A stretch of 64,000 nt of DNA from the NCBI GenBank assembly GCA_051294375.1, contig CM119266.1, positions 13,766,735 to 13,830,734 on the forward strand, written 5' to 3'. Position 1 is the stretch's first letter. Every line of letters starts with the position of its first letter. Shown here piece after piece: positions 1-11,251 of this stretch. Both the position numbers and the translations under genes were made by a program. The notes beneath the pieces were generated by a model. It saw only the letters and a list, made by a program, of their open reading frames with translations, had not been told where the DNA came from and did no database searches. The DNA comes from Paraspadella gotoi. Lineage: Eukaryota > Animalia > Chaetognatha.

Positions 1-3000
1 AAAAAAACAGTTTACTTTATTTAAAAAAAGTCTTTAAACGGGCGTTGAATTCAACTCGTCGAGGACGAAAGAGAGAAAATCAGCATCGGACGTCATAATT
101 AGACAAATTCTCGCGCTGGCGATTATAAAAACGGAACACGACTTTGAAGGGCGGGGAGACGTGGACAGAGCCGGGGACGGAAGCAGGAAACGGGACGGCT
201 CAGGGTCTTAATCGTCCCGCGCAGTCGTCGTCGTCGTCGTCGTCGTTTGGGAAAGGTCAGTTTTGAAAGAGTTTCACCTTGAGACGCGAAGAGACGGCGT
301 CAGCCTCGAACCCCAGCGAATTTCTGGGAAGAATGAGAGAAAGAGGAATGAGAAAGTAAATCCCGAGAGAAAAACAGGGAGAAGGTGGAGAACGGAGAGA
401 TGGATCGAGATGACTGAAATGCGGGAGAAAAGCGATCATAGAAAATGGAATGATAAATCGGTCCGGTTTTTATGAGTTTTAATTAAACATCAAACAATTT
501 GAAAGTTTTATATCTTCGTGGAATTTAAGCAAATGGCATTTGCAAACCCCCAAAAGCGCCTGGCGGAAACACAGCTGGAAATCGAACGGCGGAAGCTGAT
601 GGCAGAAGCTGATGGCAGAAGCGAATGGCAGAAGCGAATGTGACAAGCGAGCGGGAGAAACGAGCGACGAGAGAAGCGAGAACTTTTGAGCGCGAAACTC
701 CTTCTCTTCCAAGTCGCAATGAATATGTAAGAGAAGGCGGGGAAGTCGATCTTGGGGTAAGGGAGGTTAAGGAAATGGAATAGAAAGAAGGAAAGACGAA
801 GAGAAAGGTAAGGTCTAGAGTCTTGATGGGGGGTAAGGGAAAATTGGGTAAGAATTTCGGGTCTTTTGGCTCCGGAAAGAAAAAGGCCGATTGAAGACGA
901 AGGAAAGTTAATGGATGACGAAGACGAGAACCGGTGAGGGAAAAAGGTGAGGTTTGGTGAGGGGAGAAGGGATTAAAAGAAGGAGGGTTTAGTTTGGGAG
1001 GGAGATATTGAGAAAGGGGGGGAATAGATAATTATGATAATGATAATGGTTCGTGGAATTAGTTTAACGAAAATTGGAGGAAATCCTTAGGTTGATTTTG
1101 TATTTATAATTTCCTGTTAACCATAAAGAGAGTTCTACTAAATCATAAAGTGTTTGAAAAGAGAAAATCTTTTCAAGCAAAGTGTGTGGAGAGCCGTGGG
1201 TGATGCGTGCGGCAAACGCGAAAGGAAAAAAAACGAATAAACGAAAAACGCAGTCAGGGAGAAAAATATTCTGAAACAAGAAAATGAAAGAGTGAATGGG
1301 AAGAGGGAAGGGAAAAAATTTGAAAGAAGAAAAAAAANNNNNNNNNNNNNNNNNNNNNNNNNNNNNNNNNNNNNNNNNNNNNNNNNNNNNNNNNNNNNNN
1401 NNNNNNNNNNNNNNNNNNNNNNNNNNNNNNNNNNNNNNNNNNNNAGAGAGAGAGAGAGAGAGTAATTTCATGCGGAAATGGGAATGTGATATCGTAATAC
1501 TACTTTATTTTGTTTGGTATCTTTGAATCACGTTACAAAAAGATAAGGTATTTGTTTTTGTTTTCTTTAAATTACAAAAGGGTTTTTATTGTTTTTGTGT
1601 TTGAGTTTTTCATCTGGTTTGTCTAATCCGTTTTTTCTGATAACAGGTTTTAACGCTTCTCACTTCAACTGGGTCTCACCCTGCAACTTAACCTTTCACT
1701 CCATTATAATAACAGCTTCACAGTCTCACTCTCCCGAAATTTCCCTTCCGCTCGTTCGCCTCGCCTCCTTCTCATCTCCGCCACCGACTTTTTCGTTTAA
1801 TTCCAGTGAAACAAAAAAGTTAAAAAAAAAAAAATAAAAAATTGAAAAGGGAAAAAGAAAAATTTGAAGATATTTTTCTTTTTCGTGGAAAAATTGGCTC
1901 AAAACCCACAAAGCCTAGCCGCTCCAATAGAATTGTGATCGAAGAAAAATTCCATGGCCCATTGAGGCGAGAAGAGAGAAGAGAGAAGATGAAGAGAGAG
2001 AGAGAGAGAGAGAGAAGAGAGAGAAGAAAAAATAGTGGCGACATGAAGAGCAGACAGAGAGACGCAGAGAGCCACAAAGACCAGAAAGAAGAGAAAGAGA
2101 AACAAGAGAGAGTGAAAAAAGAGAGAGACAGGGAAAGAGAGAGAGAGAATATAAACGAGGGTCCGCGGCCTGAGGCTGTTTAAAGTAATGCGACCATTAC
2201 CACATAACGGTTTTGGATTTGAAGGAAATCTGGGGAATTTGTCGGCCGTGTTTTGTCAATGGCAGAGATTGGTGGGGAGGAGCGATGGTGGAGGAAGAGG
2301 AAGCGGGGGAGGAGAGGGTGGGGGGATTCTCTCGCCCGGGAAGGCGGGGCGAAAAGGGCAAACGCCAGACCCCGGAGAGTCACTCGAGGGGTCGGGCGAA
2401 ATAAAGCGGTTGGGGAGGAAACGAAGCGGAGAAAAAAATGGGGTTTCCGGTCGAGAGGACAACCCATGAGCGGACGACTCATGAGGGGGGATTAGTCGTC
2501 GTCATTGTCGTCGTCGCCGTCGTCGTCGTTAACTTCCTCCCCCCCCCCCAACGGGCTGACTAATCTTCAGCGAAGCAAATGTAGCGATAGTGAGTCCCCG
2601 AACGACCGTCGACGTCGTCGCCGAATAAATCGAGCTCTTTGTACTTATGTATTTCTATTTCTCTCCTTTGTTTGTTTGTTTATATTTTATTAAGAAGTTG
2701 TTGTATTTTTGTGGTTGTTGTTGTTGATTATTAAATTAGGTAGGTAGGAAGGCGATAAAGGACAAAGGAAAGTTTATAAATGAATTCAAATTTAAAAAAT
2801 TTTCCGGTCTAAATACTACTCAACTTTTATATTTGATAATCCCTTTCTTATTGTTCCAGAATTACCAACCTCCATATACTAAACGAGTCGAATTATAATG
2901 TTCAACACCAAGACTCGAACGCACGACTTCACTGGCCACTCTCTCCAGTATCTATTTAAGGGCGAAGACAAAAAAGAAAAACCCAGACTCAAACCTCCTT

Positions 3001-3089
3001 GAGTGAGAGTCGATCGTCAGCCGAGGATTGGGAAACTTGATCCTTTTTTCACCAAAAATATGGTAAGAGGCCGTTGATCCCCGAGGCGC

Positions 3090-3090
<1 letters not shown>

Positions 3091-3156
<66 letters not shown>

Positions 3157-3203
3157 CGCCGTCGCCGCCGTCGCCGTCGTCGTCGTCGTCGTCGTCGTCG
3201 TCG
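3091..3203. repeat. Compound (GCC)n then (GTC)n trinucleotide microsatellite
   Basis: Directly visible perfect GCC run grading into a GTC run; it explains the poly-Ala/poly-Val and poly-Thr ORFs in the track. Confidence 0.95.
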
Positions 3204-4326
3204 AATTCCCCAGGAGACGGAATAATCCGAACGTCACAAAGAGATTGAACTTTCTCTGACCCGGATGAAGATCTGATGGCGTTTCACGTTTCAAGTAATT
3301 ATTAAACACTGTGAACACTGAACAGTGGTACGATTGGCTCGAGGGGTTCGAGTTTTTTTTTTTCTTCTTTTGTTTCCAAGCAAACTTGAACGTTTTCTGA
3401 GAATCCAGAATAATATACATAACATTCGGCATAAATTTTAAATTCCGTGATATCGACATCGAGCGGCACAATCACGTCCTTTGGGAGGAATCACTTTATT
3501 TTTTGAGTGGGAGACCCCATTGACAGAGTTATCTGGATGGCACTCTTAAATTGAGAGTCTCTCTCTCTCTCTCTCTCAAACTCTTTTTTTCTCTGAAAGA
3601 TTCATGAGGTTCGCTTTATTTTCTCTCCTTTTCTTCCTTACTTTTTTTTCTCTTCGTCGCCATTTTTGGCTACAAACCCGAGTCAAACGAAGCCTCGATG
3701 GCGCAGTTGACGCTGGCAATGTAGGAAATCGTGACCTTATACGTCAGCAAAGTTTAAAACGAGGATGAAAGGGGCCAGAATGAATGAAAGATTTTTATAT
3801 TGGTTGAACCAATTTCATTCAATTATGCAAATTGATAAAATTACTGCGCCGTTGACGCGAAAGCAAAAAAAAACAATTAAAAATTCCCGCCGAAGAATCT
3901 AACAAAGGGTTTTTGTACCCGAGTAGTCCTCTTCAACCTTAAATTTAAAAAAATGAACAATAGATAAAAGGGAAATAGCTGAAAAACTGAAATATTTGAG
4001 AAGTTAAAATGTTGTTTTTTTTGATAGAAAGAAATAAAATCACTTGTGTTGTGAAACCTTTAAAATTCGGTGTGCCATCGCTCTGATTCAACTAGTAGTA
4101 GAAGAAGTAATAGTAATATTAGTACTCGTGGTACACAATTAGTAGAAATACACAAGCAGAATAATAAGAAGCTCGTGGTTGTGGTTGTGGGTTTGGCATC
4201 GGAATTCGGGAAATGTAACATTTGGAAAAACTTCCACGCTATTGACATTTCGGAGTGTTTCAATCTGGGAGGCGACAACGGGAACGACGACGACGACGAC
4301 GACGTCGACGAGGAACTTGAACGACG

Positions 4327-4333
4327 TATAAAA
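4327..4333 (+). promoter_or_regulatory. Putative TATA box of the knottin gene
   Basis: TATAAAA lies 100 nt upstream of the ATG at 4427 (context gccATG); AATAAA at 5065-5070 follows the stop. Confidence 0.45.
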
Positions 4334-4426
4334 GCACAAAAAAAAAAGAATCTCGAGAAAATATTATTCATATTCAAATCGATACACAAGTCAACTTCAA
4401 CTTTCAACTTCGTCCACTGATCGGCC

Positions 4427-4995
4427 ATGAAGTGGACTTGCTTTCTTCTCGCGTTGACGGTTCTGACTTTGACGGTGAGATATATGTATATTAAGTTATC
4501 ATTTTATCACCATTTGTACAGTCTATCTAAAAAAAAAACTCTTTTATATTGTTACAACTCGTACGACCGGAGGATCGAGCTCCCTTCATAGATCCTTTCA
4601 ACGTAACCCAAATTCTTAATGAGGGGATTTGTTTCGCCAGGCGAACGCGGCGCCGTACGAAGAAGACGACGTGGCCGAGATGGAACCGCGCGGTCAATGC
4701 TTGGTTTACTACAAGGAATGCGGCAGCGGACAAGGATCTTGCTGCGATGGGTGCCATTGCAGGTGAGCAACGGGGAACGAAGAGCGTTTCGTTAACTATT
4801 CGATGAACACTGAACAGGAGCGATTTCTAGTTTTTAGTTTTTAAAATTGAGATTTTGTTGCAATGATGCGAAAGTTGAAGCACAATTGCATTTTAATGAA
4901 AATAAATATTGAAAAATTTTTGTTTCAGATGCAACGTAGTGGGGATGAATTGCCGCTGCATGCCGCGCCTCTTCCGATCTTGTCCGGAAGCTTAA
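4427..4995 (+). CDS. Secreted prepro cystine-knot (ICK/knottin) peptide, agatoxin-like peptide/agouti-like, 78 aa; exons 4427-4474, 4641-4762, 4929-4995
   Basis: GT-AG introns (GTGAGA..ttcgccAG, phase 0; GTGAGC..tgtttcAG, phase 2) give MKWTCFLLALTVLTLTANA-APYEEDDVAEMEPR-GQCLVYYKECGSGQGSCCDGCHCRCNVVGMNCRCMPRLFRSCPEA*. This is a hydrophobic signal peptide, an acidic propeptide ending in Arg, and a 10-Cys mature region with C-x6-C-x6-CC spacing. Confidence 0.88.
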
Positions 4996-5823
4996 AGAGA
5001 CTGAGAAGTTTCAACGAACTCATGTGAATTTTTCTTTTTGTTTCTTGTCTACTTTTTATTTTATAATAAAACGGCTGAGATGTAAAAAATATAAGTAGTA
5101 CTGTTTGCCATCTTAATCTCTCTCTCTCTCTCTCTCTACTCCTCTCTCCTCCTCTCTCGGTCTCTACTCTCATCACTCTCTCTCTCCTCTCCTTTATCAC
5201 GATCATCCCTTCGTTGTCCAATTTTTGCGATGCAAATTTTCGGCGTCGTTTGGGTTCGCCGAATTTCGCCGTCATCCGCAGGCGACGCGGCGGCTGCNNN
5301 NNNNNNNNNNNNNNNNNNNNNNNNNNNNNNNNNNNNNNNNNNNNNNNNNNNNNNNNNNNNNNNNNNNNNNNNNNNNNNNNNNNNNNNNNNNNNNNNNNNN
5401 NNNNNNNNNNNNNNNNNNNNNNNNNNNNNNNNNNNNNNNNNNNNNNNNNNNNNNNNNNNNNNNNNNNNNNNNNNNNNNNNNNNNNNNNNNNNNNNNNNNN
5501 NNNNNNNNNNNNNNNNNNNNNNNNNNNNNNNNNNNNNNNNNNNNNNNNNNNNNNNNNNNNNNNNNNNNNNNNNNNNNNNNNNNNNNNNNNNNNNNNNNNT
5601 TTGTGGTGATGAAGGGAAACGAGGGAGCCGTCGGAAAATCCGTCTTCCCATTCAGCCGCGCTTTGAAATGTCGCCGGCAGAGCGAAAGGAAAGAAGGGGT
5701 AAGTAAAAAGTAAGGCGCGCGCCGGGTAGGGAATGAGCGGCGCCGGGAACAAAGGGGGCGTGACCCGAAAGAAGAAGATTCGTCGTCGTTGGTCGCGGAT
5801 CCTCGTTTTTTTTTTTCGGCGAC

Positions 5824-5836
5824 GTTGCTAAGCAAC
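5824..5836. promoter_or_regulatory. RFX X-box-like palindrome GTTGCTAAGCAAC
   Basis: Matches the X-box half sites GTTGC...GCAAC within a CpG-rich patch; no target gene is identifiable because N gaps flank it. Confidence 0.3.
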
Positions 5837-7978
5837 GAAAAACGAAGTCGTTTGTTTGCGCGGATAAACTCGAGCGAGAATTGGACGGAAGAGGGAGGCG
5901 GTGGAGGCTAGTGCCGGAGGGTGGCGGGCGGCGGTTGGCGGGCGGTTGGTCCGAAGCGGATGCGTTACATCAACGTCGCCAACGAAATCCGCGTTGATCG
6001 ATTGATCGATCGAACTTCATCGGGATTTGATCCCCAGCATTTGTTTCGAGGAGAAAGACCTAGGATTTCCTGGCTTTTCTTTTCTTTTCTTTTCTTTTCT
6101 TTTCTTTTCTNNNNNNNNNNNNNNNNNNNNNNNNNNNNNNNNNNNNNNNNNNNNNNNNNNNNNNNNNNNNNNNNNNNNNNNNNNNNNNNNNNNNNNNNNN
6201 NNNNNNNNNNNNNNNNNNNNNNNNNNNNNNNNNNNNNNNNNNNNNNNNNNNNNNNNNNNNNNNNNNNNNNNNNNNNNNNNNNNNNNNNNNNNNNNNNNNN
6301 NNNNNNNNNNNNNNNNNNNNNNNTTTTCTTTTCTTTTCTTTTCTTTTCTTTTCTTTTCTCTCTAACTTAATGTTTATTTCCGTTTTACTATCTCTCTCTC
6401 TCTCTCTCTCTCTCNNNNNNNNNNNNNNNNNNNNNNNNNNNNNNNNNNNNNNNNNNNNNNNNNNNNNNNNNNNNNNNNNNNNNNNNNNNNNNNNNNNNNN
6501 NNNNNNNNNNNNNNNNNNNNNNNNNNNNNNNNNNNNNNNNNNNNNNNNNNNNNNNNNNNNNNNNNNNNNNNNNCAGTTAACCGACTCCGTTTAAATATTC
6601 TATTCCTACTTTTCTACTTTCATCTCGGTCGAAGACACCTGATCCCCGCCCGAAACTAATGCCTGGCGCCCTCTTTACACCTGCTTCCTCTCACTAACTG
6701 AGATTACTTAAACCGTCTTTGTCGACGTCGCCGTGTTTTGGTCTTTAAATTCGTCGTCTGGTTGTTCTTTTGTTCTTTCTATGAAATTATCCATTTNNNN
6801 NNNNNNNNNNNNNNNNNNNNNNNNNNNNNNNNNNNNNNNNNNNNNNNNNNNNNNNNNNNNNNNNNNNNNNNNNNNNNNNNNNNNNNNNNNNNNNNNNNNN
6901 NNNNNNNNNNNNNNNNNNNNNNNNNNNNNNNNNNNNNNNNNNNNNNNNNNNNNNNNNNNNNNNNNNNNNNNNNNNNNNNNNNNNNNNNNNNNNNNNNNNN
7001 NNNNNNNNNNNNNNNTTTTCTTTGACAATAAAACATTTTAACCTTTTCTCTGTTCTCTTTCCATGTCCTTTGTCATTTGTTTCAGTTAATACTTCTCAAC
7101 CACCTTTGTCCTAACCGACTCACATTCAACCTCCTAAAAAATCAAAGACAAATGAAATGTCTTCACATTCGATCTCTGCTGCCGGCAATTTCTCTCGCTG
7201 CCGATAAAAATCAAAGTTTCTGGAGACGCAATTTTACAAAACAATTTTACAATCTTATGTTATGGTATGTAACTTTATAACTACAATTTCTATACTTTCT
7301 CCTTCGACAAATCTGCCTCCAATCTGCGTCCATTCACGTTTCACTGCTTTCCCTTTTCACGCTTGGTCTCTTTCCTTCTTCGGTTCCACCAATCATCGCC
7401 GGTCGCAGATGGAGCAAAATGGAGACCCCAAAAGTCAAAGGGCGACGATTGTCTCGACCCGAATTTTTACCTTCCGAATTCCGACTTGTGGAAAATTATC
7501 CTCTTCTCATTTCCCGCTTTGATGAGTGGAGGGGTAGCTGGGAAGGTTACGAGTTCTTGGTGGAGAAGGAATGAATGAATGGAAATGAAATGAAGAAAAT
7601 AAAACGGAATCGCATAGGAATTAATATATTTAGCTTGATCTTTCGACGGAAAGAGCCGTCAAATTTTTTTTATACATTTTTTTTCGGGGTAACAATGTCT
7701 CCTCCGTAAAGATGAAAATTACCTTTTTCCCCTTTTTATTCGAAAAAGAAAAAAAAAACGGAACAAAGGTATTTTCATTCAAGGAGGTCGACGTTTTCGG
7801 CGAAAGGCCACATGCGTCTCGGAATCATGAATTGGAATGAACCGGCCGACGATCAGAGAAGGGAGAAGAAGAGATGAGGCAGAGAGAGAGAGAGATGAGA
7901 AGAGAAGAGAGAGAGAGAGATGAGAGAGACGAGATGAGAGAGAGAGAGATAGAGAGGAGAGAGAGAGAAAGGATGGAG

Positions 7979-8022
<44 letters not shown>

Positions 8023-8428
8023 GCTGCGACTCTGGCGACCTCAATATGACGTCGACGAAAGGCGTTGCCAGAATCCATCAAAAGACGTTGATGACGAAAT
8101 GGATTCCATTCCGGTGCCAGGGGAAAAGTTTTGCTAATGTTAAAATCTTGTTTATTTCTTTTATGGATCCTGCGTTTTATACAGAGGTAGGACCAGATAT
8201 CTCACAAACTGATGTAGGGGCTGCGGAAGCTTGAAAGACGAAGGAAACATCAAACGAAGACGTCGGGGTCAACTAGTGATGACGATCGAAAGCCAGTCTA
8301 TTACCTTCGAGTCAAAATTATATTCGCGGTCCGCAGAAGTGCTCTCTTTTCCGATACCTTTCTGTTCGTTTTATCTAAAACTTATTTAAATCTTAATATT
8401 TAATTTAAATATATTTTATAATTATAAA

Positions 8429-8520
8429 CTAATCCCTAACCCAAATCTCTAACCATAACCTAATCCTAAACCCGAACCCTAAACATCCACAATTTTTAAC
8501 CCTAACCTCTAACCATAAAC
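8429..8520. repeat. Degenerate (CCCTAA)n telomere-like tract
   Basis: Imperfect ccctaa/cctaac/ccataa units; interstitial, probably part of a small repeat element. Confidence 0.5.
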
Positions 8521-8825
8521 GTTAGTCTGCGGCGACGACAACAACAACAACGACAACAACCTCGACAATGAAACTGACATTTGACCAAGGTCAAGTTCCT
8601 GACCTTAAATCAACCTTACCTTTACTATTGTTTAGCGTTTTCCCTTATTTCTTACTTACCATTGTTTTGTCTTTTACCTTACCTCGTTTTTGAATGATCC
8701 CAAAAGTCCCTCATTCCCTAACCTTAGTCACTAACCTAATCCCTTACTTGATCCTTTACCCCAACTATTGACCTAACTAAAAAAAGTACCCTAATTCCGA
8801 AGAAGCCCAGGGCCCCAGAAATAAA

Positions 8826-8856
<31 letters not shown>

Positions 8857-8931
8857 TTGTTTCAATCACTAAAAATGATTGTTCAGTTGTCCAACAGAAA
8901 AGGAGAGAGGCGAGGCATATTTTTTTTATTC

Positions 8932-8939
8932 AATAATAA

Positions 8940-9033
<94 letters not shown>

Positions 9034-9135
9034 TTTATAATAATAATAATGATAATATTTATAATAATAATATTATTAATATTATTAATAATTTAATATT
9101 ATTAACAACATAGTAACTATATTAATAATAAATAA
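8932..9135. repeat. (TAA)n microsatellite
   Basis: Perfect TAA run of about 90 nt decaying into AT-only sequence; explains the poly-Ile ORF. Confidence 0.95.
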
Positions 9136-9328
9136 TGTTCCAGGAAGGCCCGGCGAGCAGGAGAAGGGCGGAGCGACGCTCGGCGGAGACCGGAGGAACC
9201 GGGCGCGGGAAACGACGTCAGATGGCGGGAGATAACGGTGAAAGGCTTTAATAGGAGGACGACGTCTCGGGAGATTATCAACGTCGCCGCCTCTTTTATC
9301 GTTTCTTCCGGTTATCGTTCCTTCGTCT

Positions 9329-9364
<36 letters not shown>

Positions 9365-10188
9365 TAGTCATCGTCATCGTCATGTCGTCATCGTTATCAT
9401 CGTCCTAATCGTGGTCATCATCTCATCTAAATATACATTATGAAGATTATTATCATCGTCGTCCTCATCATCATAATTAATAAACTTTGTCGTCGTCGTC
9501 GCAGTTGTCCGGGTCATCTCAGTGATTAACCTAATTTTCCCAACGTCGTCACTAAATCCTCGTCGTCGTCATCGTCGTCGTTGTCATCGTCGTCGTTGTC
9601 GTCCTCATCCTTGTCGTCTTCCCCGCGGAGGAAACCAATTTGGAGAAAATTCGCGGGAGATTCTCGATCGTCAAAACATCTCGACTTTCGAGTCAAGAAT
9701 CGAGAGAGAGATAGAAGAGAGGGAAGAGAGAGAGAGAAGAGAGAAGTGAGAAGAGATAGAAGAGATAGAAGAGAGAGAAGAGAGAGAATGTGGAAAGAGT
9801 TTTATTAGGAAGGCAAAGGTTCGTCGTGGTCGTGGTCGTCGTCGTCGTCGTCGTCATCGTCGTCAATCACCGGCTTTTAATGCCTCCCGTGACTTTTTCA
9901 CTCGCGTCGGCCGTCGATGTCACCGAATCACATCCGATGCCATCTATCGTTGAAGTTTTGAGTCATTGAGAGAAGCGATGGGACCGATTTTCAATCGAGG
10001 AGCATCTTCGCTCTCTCCTCCCGGATGTAAGTGGATATGAAAGCCGTAAAGTTAAATTAGGTTCTCTTTTTCTATTTAAAATTTCCTTGTCTTTTTTGCC
10101 TACAACCCTTGGGGCTCGAGTAAAATTAAACGCAGTATTGTGGCGAATCCTAAATTCGCCTCCCGTATAGCTTGGTGAAATTCAGCTC

Positions 10189-10400
10189 GTCCCATTGGCT
10201 TGGACAGCTAAGTACTCGTTCACCAACCGTGAGATCCGAGTTCAATCTCCTCACGGAAACCCTGGTTAAATGTGATGGTGTCGGCGTAAACACGCCAGTG
10301 GTCACTACAGGTCCAGAGCGCCAGCTGTCTGGAGATGCCTCACACCCCGGGCATCATACATGTTCCCCCGTTACCATAGTATTCGTTAATTGAAATTGAA
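10189..10400 (+). mobile_element. Possible tRNA-derived SINE
   Basis: tRNA-sized head with A-box-like TGGCTTGG and B-box-like GAGTTCAATC, a non-repetitive body of about 130 nt and a short (AATTGA)2 tail; no clear TSD and only one copy in the window. Confidence 0.3.
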
Positions 10401-10630
10401 TATTAATCCCCACTTTTAGAAAGCGTTCCTGTGTTTTTGATTGCTGCAATCAGGGAGACACCCCTTCGTCGCTTCATCGCTCTCAAAATTGTCGTCATTG
10501 ACATCGGAATTCCACGGCCAAAACCGAAGAAGCCCATCTATCGGGGAAGATCGGAACAAAAGATCCGAGTTCCCCTCCCCCTTTTCTGTTTCTTTGCTTC
10601 TCCGCCGCCGCCTCTCTTCTTCTTCTTCTT

Positions 10631-10661
<31 letters not shown>

Positions 10662-10910
10662 TCATTCGCGAAACGACGACTTTTGTTTTTTCGTTTTCGT
10701 CACTGAACCGGAAAAACAAAGACTCTCTCGGCCGACTAAGGAAAACAGTAAATAACCGAACGTCGATGGGTGGTGGTTTTGTGGTCTGTCTGTCTGTACG
10801 TCCGTCTGTATATATAGTCTTTATATATATATTTTTCCCATTTTTTGCCTTGTTTCATTCTTTCTTTGTTTGCTTCTCTCTTTCTTTTTCCCTTTCTTTT
10901 TTCGGGTCGT

Positions 10911-10946
<36 letters not shown>

Positions 10947-11251
10947 NNNNNNNNNNNNNNNNNNNNNNNNNAGAGAGAGTCCTCCGAGTTAATCATGTCG
11001 TTTATTAGATTGTTATTAGCTGTCGAAAAAGAGACTGGAGACGTTTTCTTTCTGGCAACACTTAACCGAATCAATTCTTCTTCTTTTTTATTATTAAAAG
11101 AAAACCATGTGCGACGCCTCACATGTGACTATGAATTTGGTTACCTGTTTGGTTAATATAGATTTTTTGTAGTTTTTTTTTTTTTTTCGTTTTCATTCCG
11201 CGAAAATAAATGAAAATCCCCTTGTTTGTTCGTAAAAAAAGAAGATTCATA

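Noticed and set aside
257-2700. Numerous short ORFs rich in ER/SL/RE and a 13-bp (GGCAGAAGCTGAT) minisatellite at ~587-640
   Set aside because: These are translations of GA/CT microsatellites and purine-rich low-complexity DNA, with no domain motifs or coherent splice model.
3049-3471. Poly-Ala/poly-Thr and poly-Ala/poly-Val ORFs
   Set aside because: Produced by the (GCC)n(GTC)n repeat; the flanks are not protein-like.
4549-4806. 85-aa track ORF overlapping knottin exon 2
   Set aside because: It is a different frame from the Cys-rich spliced product and has no recognisable features.
4925-7041. Long ORFs spanning N runs; a possible minus-strand exon near 5600-5660
   Set aside because: Their length is an artefact of the Ns; too little real sequence remains to support a gene call.
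8429-8520. Telomere or chromosome-fusion site
   Set aside because: The repeats are short, degenerate and single-orientation, more typical of small repeat elements.
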